Positions 17,323 to 26,102 of a stretch of DNA of 64,000 bases are shown here, one piece after another. Numbering within the stretch: the first letter of the stretch is position 1; each line of letters starts with the position of its first letter. The DNA lies in contig DASXOP010000057.1 of NCBI GenBank assembly GCA_036494265.1, positions 10,539 to 74,538 on the forward strand, written 5' to 3'. The notes beneath the pieces were generated by a model. That model saw only the letters and a list, made by a program, of their open reading frames with translations, did not search any database and had not been told where the DNA came from. This DNA is from Caulobacteraceae bacterium (GTDB lineage: Bacteria; Pseudomonadota; Alphaproteobacteria; Caulobacterales; Caulobacteraceae). The position numbers and the translations under genes are program-made.

Positions 17323-18519
17323 CTAGCCCTGGCTCTTCAGCGCCTCGACGCCTGGCAGGGTCTTGCCTTCCATCCATTCAAGGAACGCGCCGCCAGCGGT
17401 CGAGACGAACGTGAAGTCGTCCGCCGCCTTCGCCGCGTTGAGGGCCGCCACCGTATCACCGCCGCCCGCGACCGCCACCAGTTTCCCGGCCTTGGCCAGC
17501 GCCGCGGCGTGATGCGCCGCCTCCACCGTTCCCTTGTCGAACGGCGGAACCTCGAAGACGCCCAGCGGCCCGTTCCAGATCAGCGTCTTGGCGCTGTCCA
17601 TCGCCTTGCATAGCCGCGCGACCGTCTTCGGCCCGGCGTCGAGGATGCGCTCGTCCTCGTCGATCGCGCCAAGTTCGCGCACTCTCGCCGCTGCGCCCGG
17701 CTGCGGCTGCTCGGCGACGACGATGTCGATCGGCAGCAGCAGCTCGCAGCCGCGCTTCTCGGCGAAGGCCATGATTCCCTTGGCGGTGTCGGCGAGGTCT
17801 TTCTCGCAATAGGACGCCGCGACGTCCCAGCCTTGGGCATAGAGGAAGGTGTTGGCCATGCCGCCGCCGATCGCCAGCTGGTCCAGCTTGAGCACCAGAT
17901 TGTGCAGCAGATCGAGCTTGGTCGAGACCTTGGAGCCGCCGACGATGCCCAGCACCGGCCGCTTCGGCGATCCCAGCGCGGCGTCCAGCGCAGTCAGCTC
18001 GCGCTCCATCGCCGCGCCGGCGTAGGCTGGCAGCAGGTGGGCCAGCGCCGCGGTCGAGGCGTGCGCCCGGTGCGAGGTCGAGAACGCATCATCGACGTAG
18101 AGATCGCCATTCGCGGCCAGCGCCTTGGCGAAGTCCGGATCGTTGGCCTCTTCGCCGGCGTGATAGCGCAAGTTCTGCAGTAGCAGCACGTCGCCGGGCT
18201 TCATGGCGTTCACCGCCGCGGCCGCCGTCTCGCCGACGCAGTCCTCGGCGAAGGCCACTGGTGCGCCGAGCAGCTTGGCCAGGGGCTCGACCACCGGTTT
18301 CAGGCTCATCGACGGCACGCGCTTGCCCTTGGGCCGGTCGAAGTGGCTGAGTAGGATCACCTTCGCGCCGCCGCCCCGCAGCCGCTCGATCGTCGGCAGC
18401 GCCACGCGCAGCCGGGTGTCGTCGGTGACCGCGCCGTCGTGGAGCGGCACGTTGAAGTCCTCACGCACCAGCACGCGCTTGCCGCTGACGTCGACGCCGC
18501 TCAGAGTCCGGAAAGTCAT
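17323..18519 (-). CDS. pgk: Phosphoglycerate kinase
   Basis: [26 protein letters not shown]...[11 protein letters not shown]...GGGDT. The start is taken at the ATG at 18519. Confidence 0.97.
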   Translation of the reverse strand: MTFRTLSGVDVSGKRVLVREDFNVPLHDGAVTDDTRLRVALPTIERLRGGGAKVILLSHFDRPKGKRVPSMSLKPVVEPLAKLLGAPVAFAEDCVGETAAAAVNAMKPGDVLLLQNLRYHAGEEANDPDFAKALAANGDLYVDDAFSTSHRAHASTAALAHLLPAYAGAAMERELTALDAALGSPKRPVLGIVGGSKVSTKLDLLHNLVLKLDQLAIGGGMANTFLYAQGWDVAASYCEKDLADTAKGIMAFAEKRGCELLLPIDIVVAEQPQPGAAARVRELGAIDEDERILDAGPKTVARLCKAMDSAKTLIWNGPLGVFEVPPFDKGTVEAAHHAAALAKAGKLVAVAGGGDTVAALNAAKAADDFTFVSTAGGAFLEWMEGKTLPGVEALKSQG

Positions 18520-18527
18520 GCGCAGTT

Positions 18528-18661
18528 CCCCGCCCCCTTGCGGGGCGGGGCTAGGGGTGGGGGTGTCAGCTCGATGTCGGGAGAGGAAGCCGCCAACCGC
18601 CCTTGGGGCCGAGACCGAGCTGACACCCCCATCCCCGACCCTTCCCCGCAAGGGGGAAGGG
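18528..18661. repeat. Palindromic element inserted between gap and pgk (hairpin plus GTGTCAGC family)
   Basis: The left arm is ccccgcccccttgcggggcggggctaggggtgggggtgtcagctcg. The reverse complement of the right arm is cccttcccccttgcggggaagggtcggggatgggggtgtcagctcg. These roughly 46-bp arms are highly similar and lie about 42 bp apart. Confidence 0.7.
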
Positions 18662-18676
18662 AGAAGCGATCCCGCA

Positions 18677-19687
18677 TCAACCCAGCTTGCCGAGTTCGAG
18701 CGCTACGTCGGCCATGCGGGTCGAGAAGCCCCACTCGTTGTCGTACCAGCTCAGCACCCGCACCAGGCCGCCATCGACCACCTGGGTCAGCGGCCGCGCC
18801 ACCGTCGACGAGGCGGCGTTGTGGTTCATATCGACCGAGACCAGCGGCTCGTCGATGGTGGCCAGGATGCCGCGCAGCGGGCCGCTCGCCGCCGCCTTGG
18901 CGAAGGCCTCGTTGACCTCCTCCTTGGTCGTATTGCGACTGGGCACGATCTTGAGGTCGATCATCGAGACATTGGGCGTCGGCACCCGGATCGCGCCGCC
19001 GTCGAACTTGCCGGTCAGCTCCGGGATCACCTGCCCGATCGCCTTGGCCGCGCCGGTCGAGGTCGGGATCATCGAGAGCGCCGCGGCGCGGGCCCGGTAG
19101 AGGTCCGAGTGCAGCGCGTCCTGCGTCGGCTGGTCGCCGGTGTAGGCGTGCACGGTGGTCATGTAGCCGCGCTCTATGCCGACTGTGTCGAGCAGCACCT
19201 TGGCCACCGGGGCCAGGCAGTTGGTGGTGCACGAGCCGTTGGAGACCACCTGGTCGGCGCCCGTCAGGGTCTCGTGGTTGACGCCGTAGACGATGGTCTT
19301 GTCGGCCCCGTCGCAAGGCGCCGAGACCAGCACCCGCTTGGCGCCGGCCGCCAGGTGGGCGCTCGCGGTCTCCTTCTTGGTGAAGAAGCCGGTGCACTCC
19401 ATCACCACATCGACGCCCAGCGCCTTGTGCGGCAGCTGCGACGGATCGCGGATGGCGGTCCACTTGATCTTGCCGAGGCCGACGTCGATCGAGTCGTCCT
19501 CGACGGTGACGGTTCCGGGGAACCGGCCGTGCACCGAGTCGTAGCGCAGCAGGTGGGCGAAGGTGGTCAGCGACCCCAGGTCGTTGATCGCCACGACCTC
19601 GATGTCGCGCCGGGCGAATTCGACCATCGAGCGCAGAACCAGCCGCCCGATCCGGCCAAATCCATTGATAGCGACGCGCACGGGCAT
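18677..19687 (-). CDS. gap: Glyceraldehyde-3-phosphate dehydrogenase
   Basis: MPVRVAINGFGRIGRLV plus the catalytic SCTTNCLAP. The start is taken at the ATG at 19687. Confidence 0.97.
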   Translation of the reverse strand: MPVRVAINGFGRIGRLVLRSMVEFARRDIEVVAINDLGSLTTFAHLLRYDSVHGRFPGTVTVEDDSIDVGLGKIKWTAIRDPSQLPHKALGVDVVMECTGFFTKKETASAHLAAGAKRVLVSAPCDGADKTIVYGVNHETLTGADQVVSNGSCTTNCLAPVAKVLLDTVGIERGYMTTVHAYTGDQPTQDALHSDLYRARAAALSMIPTSTGAAKAIGQVIPELTGKFDGGAIRVPTPNVSMIDLKIVPSRNTTKEEVNEAFAKAAASGPLRGILATIDEPLVSVDMNHNAASSTVARPLTQVVDGGLVRVLSWYDNEWGFSTRMADVALELGKLG

Positions 19688-19817
19688 GCGGGGCGGTCCT
19701 TGTTCGGTTTTCGTGTGGCGGCGGTTTTTGGGGCGGGGCGGCGCGAAGTCAAGCCTTCGGGCCGCCCGCGGGTTCCCACCCGGGGGCGACAGCAGCGAAA
19801 TCCGATACCATCGGACC

Positions 19818-21068
19818 ATGGCCGGGGGCGATGACGGGCGAATCGGAGCGGGCAGGGTGGCGAGGCGCGGCGCCAGCCTGGCGCTCGGCCTCGTGGTCAT
19901 GGCTGGGCTGGTTAACTACGTCGACCGGGTGACGCTCTCGGTCGCCGGACCGACCATCGCCGCCGAGCTGCACCTGAGCCCGAGCCAGATGGGGTTGCTG
20001 CTCTCGGCGTTCCTCTGGGCCTACGCCCTGGCGCAGGCGCCGGCCGGGACGTTGATCGACCGCGTCGGGCCGAGGCCCTTGCTAGCCGGCGCGATGCTGC
20101 TCTGGTCGGCCGCCCAGGCCGCGACCGGCTTCGCCGCCAGCCTGCCGCAACTGATCGCCGCGCGGCTGGCGCTGGGTCTCGGCGAGGCGCCGCAGTTCCC
20201 GGTCGGCGCGCGGGTGGTGCGCGGCTGGTTCGCAGCCAAGGACCGGGGCCTCGCGACCGGCGTCTTCAACTCGGTCTCGACCCTCGGGCCGGCGCTGGCC
20301 CCGCCGATCGTTGTGGCGCTGATCCTCGCGGTCGGCTGGCGCGGCGCCTTCATCGCCACCGGCCTCGCGGGCGTCGTCGTGGCGCTGATCTGGCTTGCGT
20401 TCTACCGAGACCCGGCCGCGCCGTCCGTTGAGGAAGCAGCCGCCGCGCCCACGCCCTGGTCGGCGCTGCTGGCCCAGCCGACCCTCTGGGCGATGGCGCT
20501 GGGCAACGCCGGCTCGGGCTACATGAACTGGTTCTACGCCGCCTGGCTGCCCGGCTACCTGCAGAGCGCGCGCCATCTCACCCTGCCGCAGACCGGCTGG
20601 GCGGCCTCGGTCCCCTACCTCTTCGGCTTCGCCGGCAGCCTCGCCGGCGGCTGGTTCTGCGATCGCCTCGCCGCCCGTGGCCTCTCTCCGATCGCCAGCC
20701 GCAAGGTCCCGATCGTCGCTGGCCTCGCCATCGGCGCGGCCTTCACCGGCCTCACCATCGCCGCCCCGACCAGTCTCGCCGCCGTGGCCGCCATCGCCGT
20801 CGCCCTCTTCTGCGCCAACGCCGCCGGCGCTTCGATTTGGGCGCTAGCGGTGGTTGCCGCGCCGCGCGGGGCGGTGGCGAGGGTCGGTGCAGTGCAAAAC
20901 GTCGGCGGCCTCCTCGGCGGCGCCCTCGCCCCGATCGTCACCGGCATCTCGGTCGAAGCGACCCACTCGTTCGTGGCCGCCCTCGCCACCACCGCTGTCG
21001 CGGCCCTAGGCGGCGCGGCGGTCTATCTCGCTGCGGTGCGGCGGCCGCTGCTTCTCTACGAGCGTTGA
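19818..21068 (+). CDS. MFS transporter
   Basis: It has about 12 hydrophobic helices and the MFS loop motif GTLIDRVGPR. The start is taken at the ATG at 19818. It is divergent from gap. Confidence 0.88.
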   Translation: MAGGDDGRIGAGRVARRGASLALGLVVMAGLVNYVDRVTLSVAGPTIAAELHLSPSQMGLLLSAFLWAYALAQAPAGTLIDRVGPRPLLAGAMLLWSAAQAATGFAASLPQLIAARLALGLGEAPQFPVGARVVRGWFAAKDRGLATGVFNSVSTLGPALAPPIVVALILAVGWRGAFIATGLAGVVVALIWLAFYRDPAAPSVEEAAAAPTPWSALLAQPTLWAMALGNAGSGYMNWFYAAWLPGYLQSARHLTLPQTGWAASVPYLFGFAGSLAGGWFCDRLAARGLSPIASRKVPIVAGLAIGAAFTGLTIAAPTSLAAVAAIAVALFCANAAGASIWALAVVAAPRGAVARVGAVQNVGGLLGGALAPIVTGISVEATHSFVAALATTAVAALGGAAVYLAAVRRPLLLYER

Positions 21069-21123
21069 GCGGCGACCACCGGCAAGCAGATCACCAACAG
21101 CGGTCGGCGTGACGGTCTCAAGG

Positions 21124-21648
21124 TTACCCCGCGGCGAACATCCGGTTGCAGAGCGCGCCCAGCTTGTCGGAGGTCGCCCCGGCCGTTGCGCTCGGTGGCC
21201 CCGAGGCGCCGATCCGGCAGAGCTTGCCGCCTTTGCTGGCGATGAGTTGGTGGACGGCTATCTGCCACGCCGCCGCGTCGCCGACGCCGCCGAGCGGCGC
21301 GTAACGGCCGGGCATTTGCGGACTGGTGGCGAGATCCACGCTCTCCCGGCCGATGGTGGAGGTGACGGTCACCGTCAGCTTTGCGAAGGTCGCGGTCTCG
21401 AACTCGCAAGTGTTCGCCAAGCCCGCGATAGTCTTCTGCGATGTCACGGCCTCGCCCAGGATCGCCTCGGCGTCGGCCTTGCTCACCAGGCCCCACTCGC
21501 AGGGGTTGCCGTGCAGCGCGACCGCCGGCGTGATCGGCCCGCCGCCGCCAGGCCCGCCGTCGGTGTCCGTCGCCGGCTTGCCGCAGGCCTCGAGCGCGGA
21601 CAACAACATCACCAGCGCCAGAGCGCCTCTCAGCCGGATGAGCATCAC
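21124..21648 (-). CDS. Putative lipoprotein
   Basis: It has a lipobox (LLSALEAC) after a signal peptide, and conserved-looking Cys pairs. No confident family call. Confidence 0.6.
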   Translation of the reverse strand: MMLIRLRGALALVMLLSALEACGKPATDTDGGPGGGGPITPAVALHGNPCEWGLVSKADAEAILGEAVTSQKTIAGLANTCEFETATFAKLTVTVTSTIGRESVDLATSPQMPGRYAPLGGVGDAAAWQIAVHQLIASKGGKLCRIGASGPPSATAGATSDKLGALCNRMFAAG

Positions 21649-21676
21649 CCCTCCTACGACCTAACCCGCGCGCCGA

Positions 21677-22177
21677 CTACAGCGCCGCCACCACCGGCTT
21701 GTACGCCGCTCGCGCCGCCATGAAGGTCTCGAACGGAAAGCCGATCGGGGCGCCGGCTAGGGCGGCGGCCAGCATCGCCAGGTGAGCCTCCCAGCCGGCG
21801 CAGGCCTTGCCGGGGTCTTCGGGGGTGGGGGTCTTCACCGTGACGGTCAGGACCGCGCCCGCGCCGCTGGCCGCCACCTCCCAACGCACCGGCCGGAGCG
21901 GCTCGCCCGGCTGGCTCCAGGAGAACTCGACCAGTCGGCCAGCCTCGGCGGCGGTCACCTCGCTGTCGATCACCGCGCCGCTGTCGGCGAAATCGAGCCT
22001 CGCCTTGCCGCCGACGCTGGTTTCGATCCGACCCGGCGCCAGCCACGTGGCCATCGACGCCGGTTCGATCATCACCCGCCACAGGTCCGAAGCCGTTGCA
22101 TCAAACGTCCGCGTCAACACGCCGGTCACGAACGCCCCATCGCGCCTGAACACCGCCCCGAACTCAGCCTCGCTCAT
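21677..22177 (-). CDS. SRPBCC / AHSA1-like domain protein
   Basis: The 166-aa product starts at the ATG at 22177 (MSEAEFGAVFRRDGAFVTGVLTRTFDATASDLWRVM...). It resembles activator-of-Hsp90-ATPase/SRPBCC small-ligand binding proteins. The longer ORF-track version adds an Arg/Gly-rich artefact. Confidence 0.75.
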   Translation of the reverse strand: MSEAEFGAVFRRDGAFVTGVLTRTFDATASDLWRVMIEPASMATWLAPGRIETSVGGKARLDFADSGAVIDSEVTAAEAGRLVEFSWSQPGEPLRPVRWEVAASGAGAVLTVTVKTPTPEDPGKACAGWEAHLAMLAAALAGAPIGFPFETFMAARAAYKPVVAAL

Positions 22178-22665
22178 CGCAATATCTCCACCAACAGGAC
22201 CCAGGCGTCGATCACCGCCAGGATGAACACCGCCACCGTTCCGCCAACCAGCCAGCCGACGCCGTCGCCGCCAGCGGCGAACAGCGCCGCCCCAGCCAGA
22301 AACGGCGCGATCTGCACCTGGCCCAGCACCGTCTGCACCGGCGCCTCGTGATCTGGCCGGCCATGGGTTCGCCGCGCGATGTGGGATTGCAGCGCCGCGC
22401 GGATCTGCAGCGACCACGCGGCCAGGCCGAACACCGCGACCTCGGCGCCGAAGAGCCGGCCGGGTTGCGGCGCCAGCGCGCAGAGGCTCGTCACCAGGAT
22501 CAGCATCAGCGCGCTCAGCGCAGCCGCGCCGCGAGGGGCCAGGTGGTCGTATTTGAGGATCTCGCGGATATTCACCGACAGCGCGACGAAGATCAGCCCG
22601 ACCAGCGCGCCGGACGCCCCAGCCGCGGCGGTAAAGAACCCCTGCCACTGCGCGGCGACGATCAT
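22174..22665 (-). CDS. Hypothetical membrane protein
   Basis: 163 aa with about five TM helices. Its stop overlaps the downstream ATG (ATGA at 22174-22177), which suggests coupling with the SRPBCC gene. Confidence 0.55.
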   Translation of the reverse strand: MIVAAQWQGFFTAAAGASGALVGLIFVALSVNIREILKYDHLAPRGAAALSALMLILVTSLCALAPQPGRLFGAEVAVFGLAAWSLQIRAALQSHIARRTHGRPDHEAPVQTVLGQVQIAPFLAGAALFAAGGDGVGWLVGGTVAVFILAVIDAWVLLVEILR

Positions 22666-22706
22666 GCGAGGAGCTTAGCCTGGGACATCGTTGCGCGGAT
22701 AGAACC

Positions 22707-22837
22707 CCTCACTTCACCTCTCCCCACTCTTCGGTGGTGAGAGGGCTACCGATAGGTGATGGCAGCGGATGGATGGTGAAGCCGCCGCTCGCTCTTCGTA
22801 GCCCTCTCCCACGGCAGTGGGAGAGGTGAGGTGAGGG
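22707..22837. repeat. Palindromic intergenic element (CCTCAC...GTGAGG ends)
   Basis: cctcacttcacctctccccactcttcggtggtgagagggctac is mirrored by gtagccctctcccacggcagtgggagaggtgaggtgaggg. Confidence 0.6.
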
Positions 22838-22849
22838 CCGTGGAGGCTG

Positions 22850-24019
22850 CTAGAGTGCGTCTACCGCCGCCTCCGACATGCCGGCTTCCAGCAGCACCTC
22901 GCGGGTGTGCTGGCCGAGGTCGGGGGCCGGGCGTTGCGGCTCGATCTCCAGGCCGGGGAAGCGGATCGGGGTCGCCGGCGCTTCGAACGCGCCGCCAAAC
23001 CGGTCCGGCGTCACCACGAAGCAGCCAGCGTCGCGCACCTGCGGGTCGATGGTCAGGTCGTCGAGCGTGGACATCGGCGCCGAGATCACGTCGGCGTCGG
23101 CCAGGCGCTGCTTGGCCTCGGCCAGGGTGAGCTTCAGGAACGCCGCGTCGACCTTGGCGCGCAGCTCGCGGGTGATCTCCAGGTCGCCGATCGGGATCTG
23201 GTAGCGGGGCTCTGCCAGCACCCACTCCATGTCGATCGCTTTCATCACCCCGGGAAAGCAGGTCGGGCCACGCGGCGCGATGCAGATGTAGCGGTCATCG
23301 GAGGTGCGGAAGTAGCCGGAGATCGCGCTTGGCCGCTCGCTCCGCGGCTGGGCGGTGGTCGCCTCGCCGTAGCGCAGATGGATCGAGGTGTCCCAGCCCA
23401 GCGCGTAGACGCCGGCGCGGATCAGCGAGGCCTCCACCAGCCGGCCCTTGCCGGTTTGCGCCCGCTCGTGCACGGCGGCCAGCACGCCCGACAGCGTCGC
23501 CAGCGCGGTGACGTGGTCGCCGAAGCCGGGGCGGCAGGTAAACGGCTCCACGTCCGGCGGGATGGTCGAGGCGGCGATGCCGCTGCGGGTCCAGAACCCG
23601 GTCAGGTCGAACGCCGGCATGTCGATCTCGTCGCCGACCAGGCCGAATCCGGTGACGCTGGCGTAGATCAGGTGCGGCAGCTCGTCCTTGACGCTGTCGT
23701 AGTCGATCCGCCCGCGCTTCAGGCCGCCGGGCCGCAGGTTGGTGACGAAGACGTCGGCGGTCTTCAGCAGCTCGATCAGCGCCGAGCGCCCCGCCGGCGT
23801 GCCGGTGTCGAGCACGATGCCGCGCTTGCCGCGGTTCTCCATCGAGAAGATCGGGTTGCCGGGAATTTCCTCGGTGTCAGGGTAGAACCGGCGGATCGCG
23901 TCGCCCTCGGCGCTCTCCACCTTGATCACGTCGGCGCCCCACTCGGCCATGATCATCGCGCACCCCGGCGCGGCGATCCAGGTCGACATCTCCACCACCT
24001 TCAACCCTTGCAGCAGCAT
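22850..24019 (-). CDS. Family III CoA-transferase (CaiB/BaiF type)
   Basis: The N-terminus LQGLKVVEMSTWIAAPGCAMIMAEWGADVIKVE and the overall length are typical of the family. Confidence 0.92.
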   Translation of the reverse strand: MLLQGLKVVEMSTWIAAPGCAMIMAEWGADVIKVESAEGDAIRRFYPDTEEIPGNPIFSMENRGKRGIVLDTGTPAGRSALIELLKTADVFVTNLRPGGLKRGRIDYDSVKDELPHLIYASVTGFGLVGDEIDMPAFDLTGFWTRSGIAASTIPPDVEPFTCRPGFGDHVTALATLSGVLAAVHERAQTGKGRLVEASLIRAGVYALGWDTSIHLRYGEATTAQPRSERPSAISGYFRTSDDRYICIAPRGPTCFPGVMKAIDMEWVLAEPRYQIPIGDLEITRELRAKVDAAFLKLTLAEAKQRLADADVISAPMSTLDDLTIDPQVRDAGCFVVTPDRFGGAFEAPATPIRFPGLEIEPQRPAPDLGQHTREVLLEAGMSEAAVDAL

Positions 24020-24103
24020 CCCTGCGCCTCCGTTCCTGTCACTCGGTGGCGACCTTAGCGCAGGGCGGCGTCAGGAGTCAGGGGTGACTATTCCTCACCC
24101 GTA

Positions 24104-24136
24104 GGGGGAGGGGGACCACGAAGTGGTGGAGGGGGG
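24104..24136. repeat. Solo copy of the GGGGAGGGGGACCACGAAGTGGTGGAGGGG repeat
   Basis: This is a near-exact match to the units at 33024, 33120 (reverse orientation) and 55954. Confidence 0.65.
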
Positions 24137-24174
24137 CCGCCGCCCCCCGGATGTGAGGGGTCGCGTCGGATGCC

Positions 24175-24354
24175 TCAGCCGCGATGCCAGTGGCCGGGGT
24201 AGTAGCGCAAACGGTGCTGTGAGCAGTGGCCGTGCTTCGCATGACCGCACGGCTTGTGCGCCGCCGACGGCCCGATGGTCGTGTGAGGCGCGGCGATGGC
24301 GGCCCCGGAAGAAAGACCGAGCGCGGCGATCGCCGCCAGCATCATGAGCCGCAT
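24175..24354 (-). CDS. Possible small secreted His/Cys-rich peptide (59 aa)
   Basis: It is not in the ORF track because it is under 60 aa. The translation is MRLMMLAAIAALGLSSGAAIAAPHTTIGPSAAHKPCGHAKHGHCSQHRLRYYPGHWHRG, i.e. a signal peptide followed by a 38-aa mature part with 7 His and 2 Cys. Confidence 0.35.
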   Translation of the reverse strand: MRLMMLAAIAALGLSSGAAIAAPHTTIGPSAAHKPCGHAKHGHCSQHRLRYYPGHWHRG

Positions 24355-24431
24355 CGGATATCTCCCGCGAAGGCCGTCTCTCGCTCGCCGCCAACCTTAA
24401 CCTTAGCGTGCGGGTGCGCAAGCGTACCCAC

Positions 24432-24635
24432 TCAAATCGTCACCTCCACCCGCCGCCCGCCGCAGAGCGCGCACTTCGCCCGCCGGCGGATCGCGTTCGG
24501 CGTCGCGCCCATGCCCCACACGCGCCAAGCTTCGGCGCGCGGAAACGTCGCCGCGTGTCCGCACCCGCCGCACGTCACCGTCAGCACGTCGGCCGGGCTG
24601 TTCATGATCCGGCCTAGCGTCTCGATCTGTGGCAT
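24432..24635 (-). CDS. Small zinc-ribbon-like protein (67 aa)
   Basis: MPQIETLGRIMNSPADVLTVTCGGCGHAATFPRAEAWRVWGMGATPNAIRRRAKCALCGGRRVEVTI carries two CxxC pairs. It lies directly downstream of the GNAT gene. Confidence 0.45.
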   Translation of the reverse strand: MPQIETLGRIMNSPADVLTVTCGGCGHAATFPRAEAWRVWGMGATPNAIRRRAKCALCGGRRVEVTI

Positions 24636-24667
24636 GTTCGTGATTTGTTCACGAAGCTGCGGAGCTG

Positions 24668-25162
24668 TCAAAGCGGCTTGACCAGGCGGGGCTCGCGCAG
24701 CGGCATGCCGCGAAAGTCTGACTCCTTCACGAACCCGTCGCGCCGATAGCCGGCCGCCTCGTAGACGGCGATGGCCCGGGTGTTCTGTTCGTGGGTGTAG
24801 AGGAACACCTCGCGGCAGCCCGCGGCGCGCAGGATCGCGTGCCCCGCCTCCAGCAAGGCCCGCCCGACGCCGCGGCCCGCCTGCCGGGGATCGACGAACA
24901 ACAGGTAGAGCTCGCCCTCCGCCGGATGCACGGCGACGAAGCCGACGACGTCGTCCGCCTCGTCCACCGCGACCAGCATCGCATTCGGCGGCGCATGATC
25001 GGCGACGTCCTTGTCCCACTCTTCGGGCGGAAACATCGGCGTCTGCGCCAGCTCGCCCATGTAGCTCCAGTTCTTGCGCACCGCGGCGTCGAACACCCGC
25101 CCGATGGCTTGCGCGTCGTCGGCGGTGGCGCGCCGGATGGAGATATTGGGCGCGTTGCTCAC
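24668..25162 (-). CDS. GNAT-family N-acetyltransferase
   Basis: IRRATADDAQAIGRVF...VDPRQAGRGVGRALLEAGHAILRAAGCREVFLYTHEQNTRAIAVYEAAGY. The start is placed at the GTG at 25162, because the longer ORF runs into a repeat element. Confidence 0.85.
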   Translation of the reverse strand: MSNAPNISIRRATADDAQAIGRVFDAAVRKNWSYMGELAQTPMFPPEEWDKDVADHAPPNAMLVAVDEADDVVGFVAVHPAEGELYLLFVDPRQAGRGVGRALLEAGHAILRAAGCREVFLYTHEQNTRAIAVYEAAGYRRDGFVKESDFRGMPLREPRLVKPL

Positions 25163-25184
25163 CTGTTTCGCCCGCGCTCCCCAT

Positions 25185-25282
25185 CTCAAAACCCGCTCAC
25201 CCCGGCGAACGCCGGGGCCTAGGCAGACCGAAGTTGAAGAGGACCACAAAGCTCACCAAGGCGCTACGAAGTCCACGAAGAG
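25185..25282. repeat. Left-half copy of the CACGAAG-rich MITE-like element
   Basis: ctcaaaacccgctcaccccggcgaacgccggggcctaggcagaccgaagttgaagaggaccacaaagctcac... is nearly identical to 25802-25899. It forms a direct repeat flanking the 25379-25660 gene. Confidence 0.65.
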
Positions 25283-25378
25283 CGACAGGCCATCTAACGT
25301 GAGAGAGCGAGGAGCACCCAGGCTTCCCAGGTCCCCCGTCGGGGCATAGCCTCGTTTCAACCAAGGGAGCGAAACCAT

Positions 25379-25660
25379 ATGCGCAGCTTGATCCTCGCCG
25401 CGGTTGCGGCGCTCAGCCTTAGCGGACCCGTCCGAGCGTTCGACATCGAGCAACGTCCGTACCTGGACAGCAGTGGCCGCTGTCACGCCGCCGATGGCCA
25501 GCTCACCTACCAGCGGCTCTGCACAGCGACCAAATCCCCGATGTGTAGGGTCGGCGTCAGCAAGGCGTGCGGCCCGACGTGCATCCCGCTCAACCGAGCC
25601 TGCCACATCGCCGGCGCCAATCCGGGCACGGTTCACGGCCCGGTCGGGCCCGGCGGCTAG
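25379..25660 (+). CDS. Small secreted Cys-rich protein (93 aa)
   Basis: It has the signal peptide MRSLILAAVAALSLSGPVRA and a mature part with six Cys (GRCH, RLCT, PMCR, KACGPTCIPLNRACH). A ribosome-binding-like aagggag lies upstream. Confidence 0.5.
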   Translation: MRSLILAAVAALSLSGPVRAFDIEQRPYLDSSGRCHAADGQLTYQRLCTATKSPMCRVGVSKACGPTCIPLNRACHIAGANPGTVHGPVGPGG

Positions 25661-25801
25661 GGGGCTATTGTCCACCGCCTAGGCTTCTCGTCGCCACAAC
25701 CGCGGCGCCGCACCCCCGCTCGCTCGCCCGAGCGTCGGCGGGCGCACGTCCGATCGAGATCACGGGCATGTCGCTCATCTGCCGCTCCCGCGCCCCTCAC
25801 C

Positions 25802-26028
25802 CTCAAAACCCGCTCACCCCGGCGAACGCCGGGGCCCAGGCAGGCCGAAGTCGAAGAGGACCACAAAGCTCACGAAGTCGCCACGAAGCCCACGAAGAGA
25901 TCGTCGCCGATCCAACCAAGCTCTTCCCTTCCTTCGTGCTCTTGGTGTGCTTGGTGGCGAGACCTAAACCCCGCGGCCGCCCCAGCCCAAACTCCTGCCT
26001 GGGTCCGACGTGCGTCGGGATGAGCGGG
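25802..26028. mobile_element. Complete MITE-like palindromic element (no transposase)
   Basis: The left end is cccgctcaccccggcgaacgccggggcccaggcagg. The right end is cctgcctgggtccgacgtgcgtcgggatgagcggg. The internal mirrored blocks are accacaaagctcacgaagtcgccacgaagcccacgaagag and ctcttcccttccttcgtgctcttggtgtgcttggtgg. The element at 41105-41297 has the same architecture. Confidence 0.65.
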
Positions 26029-26102
26029 TGGGTGGGGAGATTGGGGTTGCCGGACTCCGAAGCTTCAGTTCAACTGAAGATCAACCGGGGGACGTTTCCA
26101 GC

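Noticed and set aside
24432-25162. GNAT plus small downstream protein as a GNAT-type toxin-antitoxin pair
   Set aside because: Known GNAT toxin modules have an upstream RHH/DUF1778 antitoxin. Here the small gene is downstream and is a zinc ribbon. The GNAT also looks like an ordinary acetyltransferase.
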